Source of the DNA: a virus
DNA: 64,000 bases
Virus record (IMG/VR): IMGVR_UViG_3300017917_004576
Coordinates: 32,001 to 96,000 of that record
Reading direction: 5' to 3' (one strand)
Of this stretch, positions 1 to 10,300 are shown piece after piece. The notes under the pieces are model-generated. The model did not search any database. It had not been told where the DNA came from and saw only the letters and a program-made list of their open reading frames with translations. Position numbers and translations under genes: made by a program. The stretch's first letter is position 1; every line of letters begins with the position of its first letter.

Positions 1-717
1 CCTCGCAAAGATTGGATTTATGAAAGTGGCGTAGTTTATGAAAGTGGAAGCCCGACAACTTTTTCTGGAATTTATCTTAATAATACATTTTTACCAGCAC
101 CAACAGGTAGTGGAAGTTACGGATATAATGTTAATTATCCACTAGGACAAATAGTTTTTAACAATGCTGTTTCTTCTAAAAGCTCTGTTTTAGCTAGTTA
201 TTCTTATAGATACGTACAAGTATATAAAAGTAGCGATAATGTATGGTGGAAAGAAGTACAAAAAGAAACCTATAATCCATCTAATTTTAATAAACAAGAC
301 TATAGCATAACAGCTAATCATAGAGTTCAATTACCAGCAATTATTGTGGAACTAATTCCACGCACAATATTGGTTCCGCACCAATTGGGTACAACAGAAA
401 ATATTATTATACAAGATGTATTTTTACATGTTTATACAGAGAATGCTAATCAAAGAAATACCCTTGTAGATATTTTAATTCATCAAAAAGACAAAACATT
501 AAATTTATATGATGTTTCTAAAGTTATCAAAAATAATAGATATATTTTGAATAAATTTGGAAATATTAACCCTAGTGGATATAATTATCCAAATATTGTT
601 GAGTCTTTTTCAAATTATTGGTGTACTATTAAAGATAGTTCAGTTGGAGAATTAAATAGTTTGAGTAGCTCTTTGTATAACGGTGTTGTGAGATGGTCAA
701 TAGAAATTTTTCCATAG
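1..717 (+). CDS. Putative tail terminator/completion (neck) protein, 5'-truncated by the window
   Basis: Frame 1 is open from base 1 (PRKDWIYESG...HRVQLPAIIVELIPRT...WSIEIFP*), so the ORF-track start at 346 is internal. It lies directly upstream of the tube-like gene. Function is inferred from position. Confidence 0.5.
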   Translation, partial: PRKDWIYESGVVYESGSPTTFSGIYLNNTFLPAPTGSGSYGYNVNYPLGQIVFNNAVSSKSSVLASYSYRYVQVYKSSDNVWWKEVQKETYNPSNFNKQDYSITANHRVQLPAIIVELIPRTILVPHQLGTTENIIIQDVFLHVYTENANQRNTLVDILIHQKDKTLNLYDVSKVIKNNRYILNKFGNINPSGYNYPNIVESFSNYWCTIKDSSVGELNSLSSSLYNGVVRWSIEIFP

Positions 718-729
718 TTACATCAGAAC

Positions 730-747
730 GGTGTATTAAAACATAAA
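730..747 (+). promoter_or_regulatory. Candidate phage late-promoter motif (GGTGTAT...)
   Basis: GGTGTATTAAAACATAAA lies about 45 nt upstream of the tube gene. Related motifs occur in other intergenic gaps (4307, 28735) and at 61698 on the minus strand. Confidence 0.4.
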
Positions 748-775
748 CCATATTTCATAAAACGGAGATTCTTCC

Positions 776-1897
776 ATGGCACGAAACAACAGAATTTTTT
801 ATGCAACTCAAGCTATAGCTCTAAAGCCACAAAGTGATACCACAACACCTCCAACATATTTTTCAGGTGGCGCCGATGGATGGTACTATCCTCGTGGTGT
901 TCAAAGCGCTGGTATAACAACAAATTTTGCTTTGGAACAAGTTTTCCAACTTGGTCAAATCGAACTATATGAAAACGTTGAAGACGTACCAGAAGTTGAA
1001 GTAACAATTAATAAGGTTATCGACGGAACAGCACCATTATACCTAATGTGTATGGGTGGTTCGACTGGTATTCCTGGGGCCAATGGTCAAGAATTAGTTA
1101 ATTTAGCAAACAATAGAGTAAATTTTAGACTTGGTATCTATTCAGATACTAATAGTGCCGCAACTGGTACTGTTCCAACATGGGTAGATTGTTCTGGCAT
1201 GTATCTTAGCAGCGTAAGTTTCACTATTCCTGTTGATGGTAATGCAACAGAAGACGTTACACTTGTTGGAAATAATAAATACTGGAATAGCACAAATGTT
1301 GGAGCAGCTAACGCTGGATTTTTCAGCACCCAAGCCGATGCTGGCACAATGACAGCTCCCTCTATTGGTAGACGTTATAAATTCAATAGCAGTCAAAGCG
1401 TTATTCCAACTGGAGCTGGTGGAGGTATTCCAATTCCAGAAAATCGCACTATGCCATATCTACAGAGTGTTACTGTTAGTACCGATCTTGGTCGTGAAGC
1501 TATTAATGAACTTGGCGCTATGGCCCCATACTATCGTTATGTTACATTCCCAGTTGAAGTAACTAGCGAATTCGAGGTTATTGGAGATAACGGCGATCAA
1601 GTAGAAGGTCAAGACTTTGATGGTCAGGTTGGTTGCGATGTTGTATACAAAAATCTTCAAGATAAGCCTGTGAAGATTGTTGTGTGTGGCAGCGGAGTAA
1701 ATGACTATTTAGAAATAGATCTTGGTACTAAGAATAAACTCACTAGTGTTAACTATACTGGTGGCGAAGCTGGTGGTGATAATGTTACCATCACATATAG
1801 CTATCAAACTTTCAATAAGTTTAAGGTTACAGCTAGTGGCACTTTCCAAGAAGTTAAATGGATCGATAACGCTAACGACGCTGTTGTTGGTGACTGA
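776..1897 (+). CDS. Major tail tube protein (putative)
   Basis: 373-aa acidic, Gly/Thr/Val-rich, beta-strand-like protein with a GGAG RBS. Two internally similar halves (GVQSAGITTNFALEQVFQLG / YLQSVTVSTDLGREAINELG). Canonical position upstream of chaperones and TMP. Ends in tandem stops TGA TAG TAG. Confidence 0.65.
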   Translation: MARNNRIFYATQAIALKPQSDTTTPPTYFSGGADGWYYPRGVQSAGITTNFALEQVFQLGQIELYENVEDVPEVEVTINKVIDGTAPLYLMCMGGSTGIPGANGQELVNLANNRVNFRLGIYSDTNSAATGTVPTWVDCSGMYLSSVSFTIPVDGNATEDVTLVGNNKYWNSTNVGAANAGFFSTQADAGTMTAPSIGRRYKFNSSQSVIPTGAGGGIPIPENRTMPYLQSVTVSTDLGREAINELGAMAPYYRYVTFPVEVTSEFEVIGDNGDQVEGQDFDGQVGCDVVYKNLQDKPVKIVVCGSGVNDYLEIDLGTKNKLTSVNYTGGEAGGDNVTITYSYQTFNKFKVTASGTFQEVKWIDNANDAVVGD

Positions 1898-1936
1898 TAG
1901 TAGAGGTAAAAAAGATAAAAGGATGATTCCTGGACT

Positions 1937-2086
1937 ATGGACGAATTGTTTAATATAATCGGCAAGCTGTATGTTGATATATCTAACGCTCAAAAAGTAT
2001 TAGAGATAATGAGACAGCAGCTTTCGGAAAAGGAAAACGAGATACAACGACTAAAGACTTCTCATACAGAAGGTTCGGATGAATGA
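1937..2086 (+). CDS. Small coiled-coil hypothetical protein (49 aa; not in ORF track)
   Basis: ATG at 1937 gives MDELFNIIGKLYVDISNAQKVLEIMRQQLSEKENEIQRLKTSHTEGSDE*. It fills the gap and overlaps the next start. Confidence 0.6.
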   Translation: MDELFNIIGKLYVDISNAQKVLEIMRQQLSEKENEIQRLKTSHTEGSDE

Positions 2087-3104
2087 TGATCTGGAATTAT
2101 TATTATATAGAATTTTTTATGGAAGTTTAATTTTTTACTATAATAATGAAAAATATGTTTTAAAATCACCAACCATACCTATTAAATACGAAGCGCAATT
2201 ATTATATAATAATATCATTAATGATGAAAAATATAATGACTGGATAAGAGAAGAAAATTTAGAAAATTTATTAATACTTTTAAGTTTATGGACAAAAGAC
2301 ACCAAAATGATTATTAAGGATTTAGATAAAAAAATAGAAAATAGCAAAGCTGACTACTATTCAAATTTTAAACTTTCTGATAAAAAAAATAGTATCAAAA
2401 AAAATCTTGATAATTATAAAAAACAATTAAATTCTATACTATCTAAAAAAGAAGAACTATATTCTAATACATTAGAGGGATATGCTAATAGTATAAAAAA
2501 TGAATATATTATTTCTCACACATTAATTCAGAACAAAGATAAAGTATTTGTTTCTAGTAAAAATGCATCTAATTATATGTTATTTAATAATATTGTTAGT
2601 GAACTTAATAAATACAGTATATCCATAACTGATTTTAAAAAATTGGCTCGCAGCCAACTATGGCGATCATATTGGAATGTTAAAAAGAATAATGTGTTCG
2701 ATGGAAACTTAACAGATGACCAGAGAACACTGATAGGTATTAGCCAAATGTACGATAGGGTATATGAGCACCCTGAATGTCCTGATGATGATATTCTAGA
2801 AGATGACGATGCTCTCGATGGATGGATGATAATACAAAAACGTAAAATAGAAAAAGATAAAAAACAACAACAAATAGATAATATGAATCCAAAACTTAAA
2901 AATGCTCAGGAAGTTTTTATAATGGCTAATAATGTTAATCAAGCAGAGGAAATTATATCATTAAACAGTCCGGAGTCGTTGAATAGAATGAAAAGCAAAA
3001 TAAGCCATGTGCAAAAATTTGGACAAACAGAAGAAAGTCAACTACCAGATGTACAGTTAGATCTAAGAAATCAACTTAACCAACAAATTAAAAACAGGAA
3101 ATAA
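2079..3104 (+). CDS. Hypothetical protein, possible tail assembly chaperone
   Basis: 341-aa helical protein between tube and TMP, with motif YDRVYEHPECPDDDILEDDDALDGW. Function is inferred from position only. Confidence 0.45.
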   Translation: MNDDLELLLYRIFYGSLIFYYNNEKYVLKSPTIPIKYEAQLLYNNIINDEKYNDWIREENLENLLILLSLWTKDTKMIIKDLDKKIENSKADYYSNFKLSDKKNSIKKNLDNYKKQLNSILSKKEELYSNTLEGYANSIKNEYIISHTLIQNKDKVFVSSKNASNYMLFNNIVSELNKYSISITDFKKLARSQLWRSYWNVKKNNVFDGNLTDDQRTLIGISQMYDRVYEHPECPDDDILEDDDALDGWMIIQKRKIEKDKKQQQIDNMNPKLKNAQEVFIMANNVNQAEEIISLNSPESLNRMKSKISHVQKFGQTEESQLPDVQLDLRNQLNQQIKNRK

Positions 3105-3107
3105 TAT

Positions 3108-3395
3108 ATGAATAATAGTGAACAAGAATTATTAGATAATCTATACAAAAGATTTCAAACAACTATGATAGGAGCATTGGCAAGATTTGAAGATCATTTT
3201 GGACATTTATGGGATAAAGAACCTGACGATAGTCCAATTTGGGATACTTGGGAATATACTAGGAACAGTATACTAAATAATGGAAATAAGCAAGCTCGTG
3301 CTGCTATTGATGACATTAAAAAATATTTATCAAAGAATACTATTAGTTCAAAATATACTTATAAACTTAATTTCAAAGAGGAGAATAACAAATGA
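3108..3395 (+). CDS. Hypothetical protein
   Basis: 95-aa ORF tightly packed between its neighbours; ATGA overlap with the next gene. Confidence 0.6.
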   Translation: MNNSEQELLDNLYKRFQTTMIGALARFEDHFGHLWDKEPDDSPIWDTWEYTRNSILNNGNKQARAAIDDIKKYLSKNTISSKYTYKLNFKEENNK

Positions 3396-4300
3396 AAACA
3401 AAAACTTTTAAGCTCGAAGTTGATGGTGTCGAAAAAGAATTTTTAGTACGAAGCCCAACCTTAGAAAATCAGAGAGAAGCTCAAAAAGTTTATAATCAAG
3501 CTTTTACAGATGCTATTAAAAGTAAAAGTGTTGTACGAGCAAAGCTAGATGATTTATTAGAAGATCAGGGCTTGTGGAATGATGAGAAACAAGCTAAGTT
3601 TACTGAACTACAAAAAGATCTGCTAGATGGAGAAAAAAGATTAGCAAAAGGTGGCTTTAGTTTAAATGAAGCCAAAGATCTTGCTATCAAGATGAAAAGC
3701 ATACGAGATGAAATAAGAGATCTTATTAGCGTAAGAACAAGTTTAGATAATCATAGCGCAGAAGGTCAAGCTGATAATAGTAGATTTAATTATTTAGTTA
3801 GTGTTTGTTTGGTGTATAATGATACTAAACAGCCTGTTTACAAAAATATGGAAGAGTATCTAAATAGCAGCACAGAAAAGGTTGCTATAATGGGCGCTCA
3901 AAATTTAGCTAATATGCTGTATGGTCTTGATAACGATTATGAAAGTAATTTACCAGAAAATAAGTTCTTAAAGAAATTTAAATTTATTGATGAAAAATTA
4001 CGACTAGTAGATAAGAAAGGCAGATTAATAGATAGAGAAGGTAGACTGATCGATGAGAGTGGTCGATTTATTGATGAAGAAGGTAATTTTGTTGATAAGT
4101 TTGGTAACAAAGTAGATAAAGATGGAGAATATTTGGTTGATAGTCAACCATTCCTTGATGAAAATGGAAATCCAATAATATTAGATGAGGAAAAACCCAA
4201 AGATGATAAGGTTGAACCATCAGTTCCAACAGAAAGCCCGGTTGTTCAAGAAGCCCAACCAGTTTCTGCATCAACTGAACAAACAGTGTCAACAACTTGA
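3392..4300 (+). CDS. Putative tail assembly chaperone with C-terminal DxxG heptapeptide repeats
   Basis: 302 aa, immediately upstream of the TMP, GAGGAG RBS. N-terminal chaperone-like start (KTFKLEVDGVEKEFLVRSPT), a coiled coil, then tandem (R/N)-(L/F)-(I/V)-D-x-x-G repeats. Confidence 0.5.
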   Translation: MKTKTFKLEVDGVEKEFLVRSPTLENQREAQKVYNQAFTDAIKSKSVVRAKLDDLLEDQGLWNDEKQAKFTELQKDLLDGEKRLAKGGFSLNEAKDLAIKMKSIRDEIRDLISVRTSLDNHSAEGQADNSRFNYLVSVCLVYNDTKQPVYKNMEEYLNSSTEKVAIMGAQNLANMLYGLDNDYESNLPENKFLKKFKFIDEKLRLVDKKGRLIDREGRLIDESGRFIDEEGNFVDKFGNKVDKDGEYLVDSQPFLDENGNPIILDEEKPKDDKVEPSVPTESPVVQEAQPVSASTEQTVSTT

Positions 4301-4330
4301 TAAATTAGTGTATATAATATTGGGTTATAT

Positions 4331-4371
4331 TATTCCCCGTTTAGAGTTTCTTCTAATCGGGGAATATTTTT
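4331..4371 (+). terminator. Intrinsic terminator-like hairpin upstream of TMP
   Basis: TATTCCCCG (4331-4339) pairs with CGGGGAATA (4358-4366); inner stem TTAGAG/TTCTAA; followed by TTTTT. Confidence 0.6.
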
Positions 4372-4394
4372 ATCTTAATCTAGGAATTTGATTT

Positions 4395-7300
4395 ATGGCA
4401 CAAGCCTTTAATTTAACCGCACAATTAAATTTGCGTGGACCATCAAATGTTAGGCAAATAGTTTCGGATGTTAAAAAACAACTTGGTACAATTACTGGTG
4501 ATATAAAATTTAATATTGATCCATCAGCAATTAATAATACAACAAAACTTAGTAAATCATTACAACAACTAAGTTCCGACCTATCTTCTGTTTCGTCCAA
4601 CGCTACTGCGGCAGCATCTGCTATTAAAAATTTTGGTCAAAGTATAAATTCTATTAGTAATTCTTCTAATAAATTATCTTCTAATATAAATAAAACAATA
4701 AGTAGTTCTGGTAATTTAGGAACAACAGTAACAAAAACAGCAAAAAATATTTCTGTAGCACGAACAGAGATGGAAGAATTTGGTCGTCAAAGCGCATTAG
4801 CCATTCGTCGTTTTGCTGCATTTAGTGCTGTAACAGGAGTATTTTTTAGTCTTAATAGAGCAATTAATAGCGGATTGAAAAGCTTTATAGAATTTGATAA
4901 AGAATTAGTGCGATTACAGCAAGTTACTGGTCAAAGCGCCGATGGATTAAAAGGACTCCAAGATGAAATTACAAGACTATCAACTGGTCTTGGTGTTAGT
5001 TCTGATAGTTTAATTCAAGTATCATCAACATTAGCTCAGGCAGGATTAAGCGCTAGAGAAACTGAACAGGCCTTAAAAGCATTAGCATTAACAGAATTAG
5101 CGCCTAGTTTTGATGATATTAATCAAACAGTCGAAGGATCTATTGCTCTAATGAGACAGTTTGGCATAGCAGCAAAAGATTTAGAAAAAGCATTAGGTAG
5201 TGTTAATAGTGTTGCAGCAGCTTTTGCTGTTGAGTCTAGCGATATTATTGCGGCTATACAACGAACCGGTGGTGTGTTTGCAACCGCGAGTAAAGGAGTT
5301 AGCGAAGGAGCAGACGCTCTTAATGAATTTATAGCCGTGTTTACTAGTGTTCGTGCCACAACGCGTGAAAGCGCCGAAACAATCGCTACAGGTTTGAGAA
5401 CTATTTTTACACGTATTCAAAGACAAGGTACTATAGAAGCACTCAAAGAATTTGGTGTTACACTGACTGATGCCGAAGGTAAATTTGTTGGTGCATACAA
5501 GGCTGTACAGTTACTTAGCGAAGGATTAAGTAGTATAGATCCTAGAGACATAAGATTTAGCCAAATAGTTGAAGAGCTTGGTGGTTTTCGTCAAATTGGC
5601 AAAGTTATTCCATTGATTCAACAGTTTGCTACCGCACAAGATGCTTTGAGAGTGGCTCAGGCTGGTCAGGGTAGTTTGGCAGCAGATGCTGCTAAAGCAC
5701 AATTAAGTTTAGCCAATCAAATAGCTAAAGTGAGAGAAGAATTTTTAACATTAATTCGTAGTTTGGGACAAAGTGATACTTTTCAAACTTTAGCTAGAGG
5801 AGCATTAACATTTGCTAGTGGTCTTATTAAGATTACAGATGCTGTTAAAGGTGTTTTACCTTCACTTGCTATTTTAGCAGCTGGGGCTAGTTTTAGAGGA
5901 TTAAGTCAATTTACTAGCGGATTTATTGGTGGTTTGAAAAAAGTTCCAAAAGGAGGACCAGGAGCACAACAACCACAAAGCGTGGTTGGTTCTATTGGAA
6001 GAAATATTGGAAGTAGTCTTGTTGGTGCTAAAACAGAACAAGTTAGTAGAGACTTAGATCAAAATAGCGCCGCTCTAGATAAGCTTTCTGGTAAAATAGA
6101 TTCTTTGGTATCTTCAATGTCTTCTATTAATGGCTTAACATCCGGTATAACTGCATTGAATACCAACTTAGTATCTATTAATAGCGCTTTAGCATCATAT
6201 AATTCTGCATTACTAAATAATACCAATGCTTTATCTAGTAATAGTAGCTCTCTAGAGAATGTTTATGCTGCTTTAGTTAATTTAGATGCTACTTTAGATA
6301 GAAAAGATTTCGGAGGCGGTGGACCAACTACTGCTAGTGGTGGTGGTCGTATTTTGGGTTTCTCTAAAGGAGGCAGTGTTCCCGGTAGCGGAAGAGGAGA
6401 TAAAGTACCAGCATTATTAGAACCTGGCGAAGTGGTAATGAGTAATCGAGCTGTTAATAAGTATGGAAGAGGTAATTTGGTTAATATGAATAAAAGATAT
6501 TTTAAAGGAGGTATAGCCCGAGAAAAGCTTCAAACACTAGTTGAAAAAAGCAATAGTATTAAAAAATATATTAATGACACTATCAATCCAGATGATGAAG
6601 CATTAACAAAGATAGTTCCATTTCGTGTTGATCTTGATGATAATGATTTCAGAGAAATGAAACAAATCATGATAGATACTGAAAGGCAAAGACTTAGATA
6701 TTTAGAAACATATCGTGATGATCCCACAGCAAATAAACAAGTGGGACAGAGAGCCAGAAGCAGCAAAGACCCTAGAACAGTTGTTGGATTTCTTGGTCTG
6801 AAAAAACCAGAATCTCATTGGGGTCCAGGTAATGCTTTTCAACAGCATTTAATTAAAAGACTAAATATTTCACCAAGCGATATGCCCCCTAATCTTGGCA
6901 CACCACAAGAACAATTTAAAGATATTATAGACGAACATTATGCTGTTTTAGACTACCAAGACGGTGATGCTAAATTTTGGAAAGATCTAAGTTATTTTGA
7001 TACACAACCCGGAAAAATAGACATACTAAATAAACAATTTAAAAATGTAGTCAATAATAATCAACTAAAACCAAAACCAACCCCAAATTATGAACTTTTT
7101 ACTTTACCGGATACGCGAGTTTATTATCCTGAGATTGGCACAAAAGAACAATTTATGCGAGATTATGCGGCGTTTACCACAGCAGATTATGCAAAAACAC
7201 ATCTTCCAGCAGGAGCTTATTCTATTGGTGGAAAAATTCAAAAATTTGCTGGTGGAGGAGAAGCGCTACAGTCCAAGTTATCAACTATAAGAACTCTTTT

Positions 7301-10300
7301 GGGCGAATTTTATGGAGGTGATGAACAACTTATATCAAAATCAATTTCTAATTCTATGATAATTGATGAGGCTCGTGCTGATAAAATTATTGCTAACTTA
7401 GAATCATCTAGATCACAGTTGCCATTATTTAAAAAACTATTTTCAGAAAAATCGTCTTCTGTTGGTGTTTTAAATGGATTTCCAATAGCCAGGTATGGTG
7501 CTATTGGTGGTACTGAGACTATGAGATTTGATGAACTAAAAGACGAAGAAACTATTAGAGAGTTTATAAAAAGAGGAAAATTAGCAACACAAGCTTCGCG
7601 TGGTCCGGTTGGTAAACGCATAGTTTATGGTGATCAAAAAGCAGCAAGACGAAGGTTTGCGGTTGGCGGAACAGTAGAGGGCATAGCTGCTAAAGAAAAA
7701 AAATCTATTGAAACTGTAATTTTAGAACAATTATCCAGTTTTGGAGATGCTAGCGGAGTTAAAAAAATACTAGGATTAGGAGCTGGAGAAAGAGAGATTA
7801 GCTCTATATTGAATGCTAGTAATATTAGAGCCGGTAAAAACATAGAAAAAGCTATTAAATTTATAAATAGGGCGCTAGCTAAGACAGGAAAACAAGATGC
7901 TGCTAGAGAAGCAAAAGAAGCAGCCATGAGAAAAGTTGCAATTGCCGGATTATTTCCATTAGATTATAATAAAGATTTTTCAGACTGGAAGTTGGAAGAT
8001 GGTAGAGAAATTTATGGTTATGTTAGAGGATTTCAATCTAGCTTTTTACCACAAATAGAAGCTATGCAAGAGGCCAATAGAGCTACTCGTCAAAAATTTG
8101 CTGAAGATATTCAAGATACGGCAGCATTAGGCGGATTAGGTAATAGAAATATTCAGGGGCCAATTCAACCATTAGCAATAGATTTTGATGAAACACTAGC
8201 TCTTGGAACAAAAATGCTAGATGAAAATGGCGAAGAAGATTTACCAGCCTACTCTGATAGAAAAAAAGTTATGGAAAGTCTAGCCCAAGCTAGACCAACC
8301 TCACTAGCTAAAAGATTGGCCAGTATAGAACAAAAAAATCCTGGATATGTTAGGATGTTTAGTCGTATCTTAACGGCCCGTCCTCAAAGTACGGCGGATA
8401 TTATAGCATCAACTCTTAATAGGTTCGGATTACCATATTTAGAACAAGATGTTACTGGAGTTAGTCAAGGACTAGGAACAAATATAGCAAAAGCTAAAGC
8501 CGCTGATGTTGCAAGAGCCGAAAAATTAATCGATGATAATGAAAAAAATATTAGAGCAACAATGGCTGCTGGTAAAAGTACTTTTCGTTATGGTGAAGTA
8601 CCAGAGCTCAAAGGACCAGCAGAAGAAAAATTTGGACAATCTAATATTGAAGGAGGTATGCTAGAAGCAGCATTATCACAATTATTGGGCTATAATATAA
8701 ATGTTGATGCTTTACAAAGAAATAGAGCGATTGATTTTCCTAATGGCCTAGGCAGAGGCGCTCAACTTTTTGGATTACCTCCGAATATTGAAACAGAAGT
8801 AAAAAGAACTTTGGACGGAGACAGTTTTTCAAAAGCCAGAGAAGAATTTAGTAGATACTTTAAAGAAAATCCACAAGCCTTTGCTAAAGGAGGAACAGCA
8901 ACATTTGGTTCTGGAGCATTTAAATTCCCCAAAAGAATAAGTAATGCTTATGTTCGGGAAATGGAAAAATTATTAGAACAAGAACAAATGGAAAAGGTTT
9001 TTTCAACATATCCTGGTAATGAAAGAATGGTTGTGGACGAGGAGGCTGTGAAAAAAGGATATGAATCTCCTTTTACTAGAGAACTATTCATAAATTCGTT
9101 TAAGGATAAAATAAATAGAAATACAGTTTTTGAAAGAATGGGGCAATTTGCGCGAGTTATAGGATTGCCACCCACCGATCTTTTATCTGCAATACCAACT
9201 CAATTAGACTTTGGTGTTAATTATCCTGCTACAGCATTATTTAGCAAGGATCCTTCTGGCCCAGGAACCAGGGGACTACAAGGAGTGGATCTGACACCAT
9301 ATGGTTATACTGAACAAGATAAACAAGATTTATTCGGATATACTAAACTAATAGAAGAAAAAAAGAAACAAATATTAAAAACAATTAAAACTCCTGTTAC
9401 AACATATGAAGATGGTAGTTTTAGCTATGATACGGCTTTAGCAGAAAAACTAAGAGCAGAATTAGACGATTTACAAAAACAACAAAGATCTCTTATTGAT
9501 AAAAACAATGCGGCTATCAAAGCTGCAAAAGAATCCAGACTACAATCCGCAAACCAGAGTGGTCGTGGTAGCGTTGGCATAGCGACGAATCCATTTAATA
9601 CAAGTCAACGTCAAGATTATAGTATTTTGTATCATGAATTAACTCATCAACTTTTTAATAGTCTTAGAACTAAAAACGCTCAATCATTCGAAGCATACAA
9701 GGCAAAAGTTTCTAGTTTATTTAGTGGAAACAATGATGATGTGGCCGATGCTTTTGATGCTCTGGTTGGAAATACAGGATATAATAGTGCTGATGTCGCC
9801 TATGGAAGAAGTTATAAACTTAGTGGACTAAGCAGCTTGATGATAGGATCAGCCAAAGAGTCATTTGCAAAATATGTTAATAGTGATCCAGAATATATTC
9901 CAGAATTAAGAAAAACTTGGGCAGCAACTAATTCTACAACAACCGCCAAAGCTTTTAAACCACTGAATCCTAAAGTTAATGATATTTTATTAAGAGGTAA
10001 AATAAGCCAAGATGTTATAGATAAATATGAAGATAATGGTAAAGAAGAATTTTTAACAACATTAATACAAAAATTACCATTATTAGATGAAAATCTAAGC
10101 GGAGTTTTGGATAGTACTCTGGATGACCTATTGGGAGGTGCTGGAATAAGTAGACAAAAATTTGCTCTCGGTGGATTAGCAGATTCTAAAGATGCTATGT
10201 CTGGATTAATGCAAGGATTATATGGAAATAGAAATCAACAAACAGACAAAAAAGAAAAAGATTTTGGGAAAATAAGCATTACAGAAGATGGCGATATGCT

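Noticed and set aside
2079-4300. Lambda G/GT-type programmed frameshift among the chaperone genes
   Set aside because: A-runs exist (e.g. about 2382 and 2397), but I could not identify a slippery site near a gene end with an open downstream frame. Each ORF has its own start.
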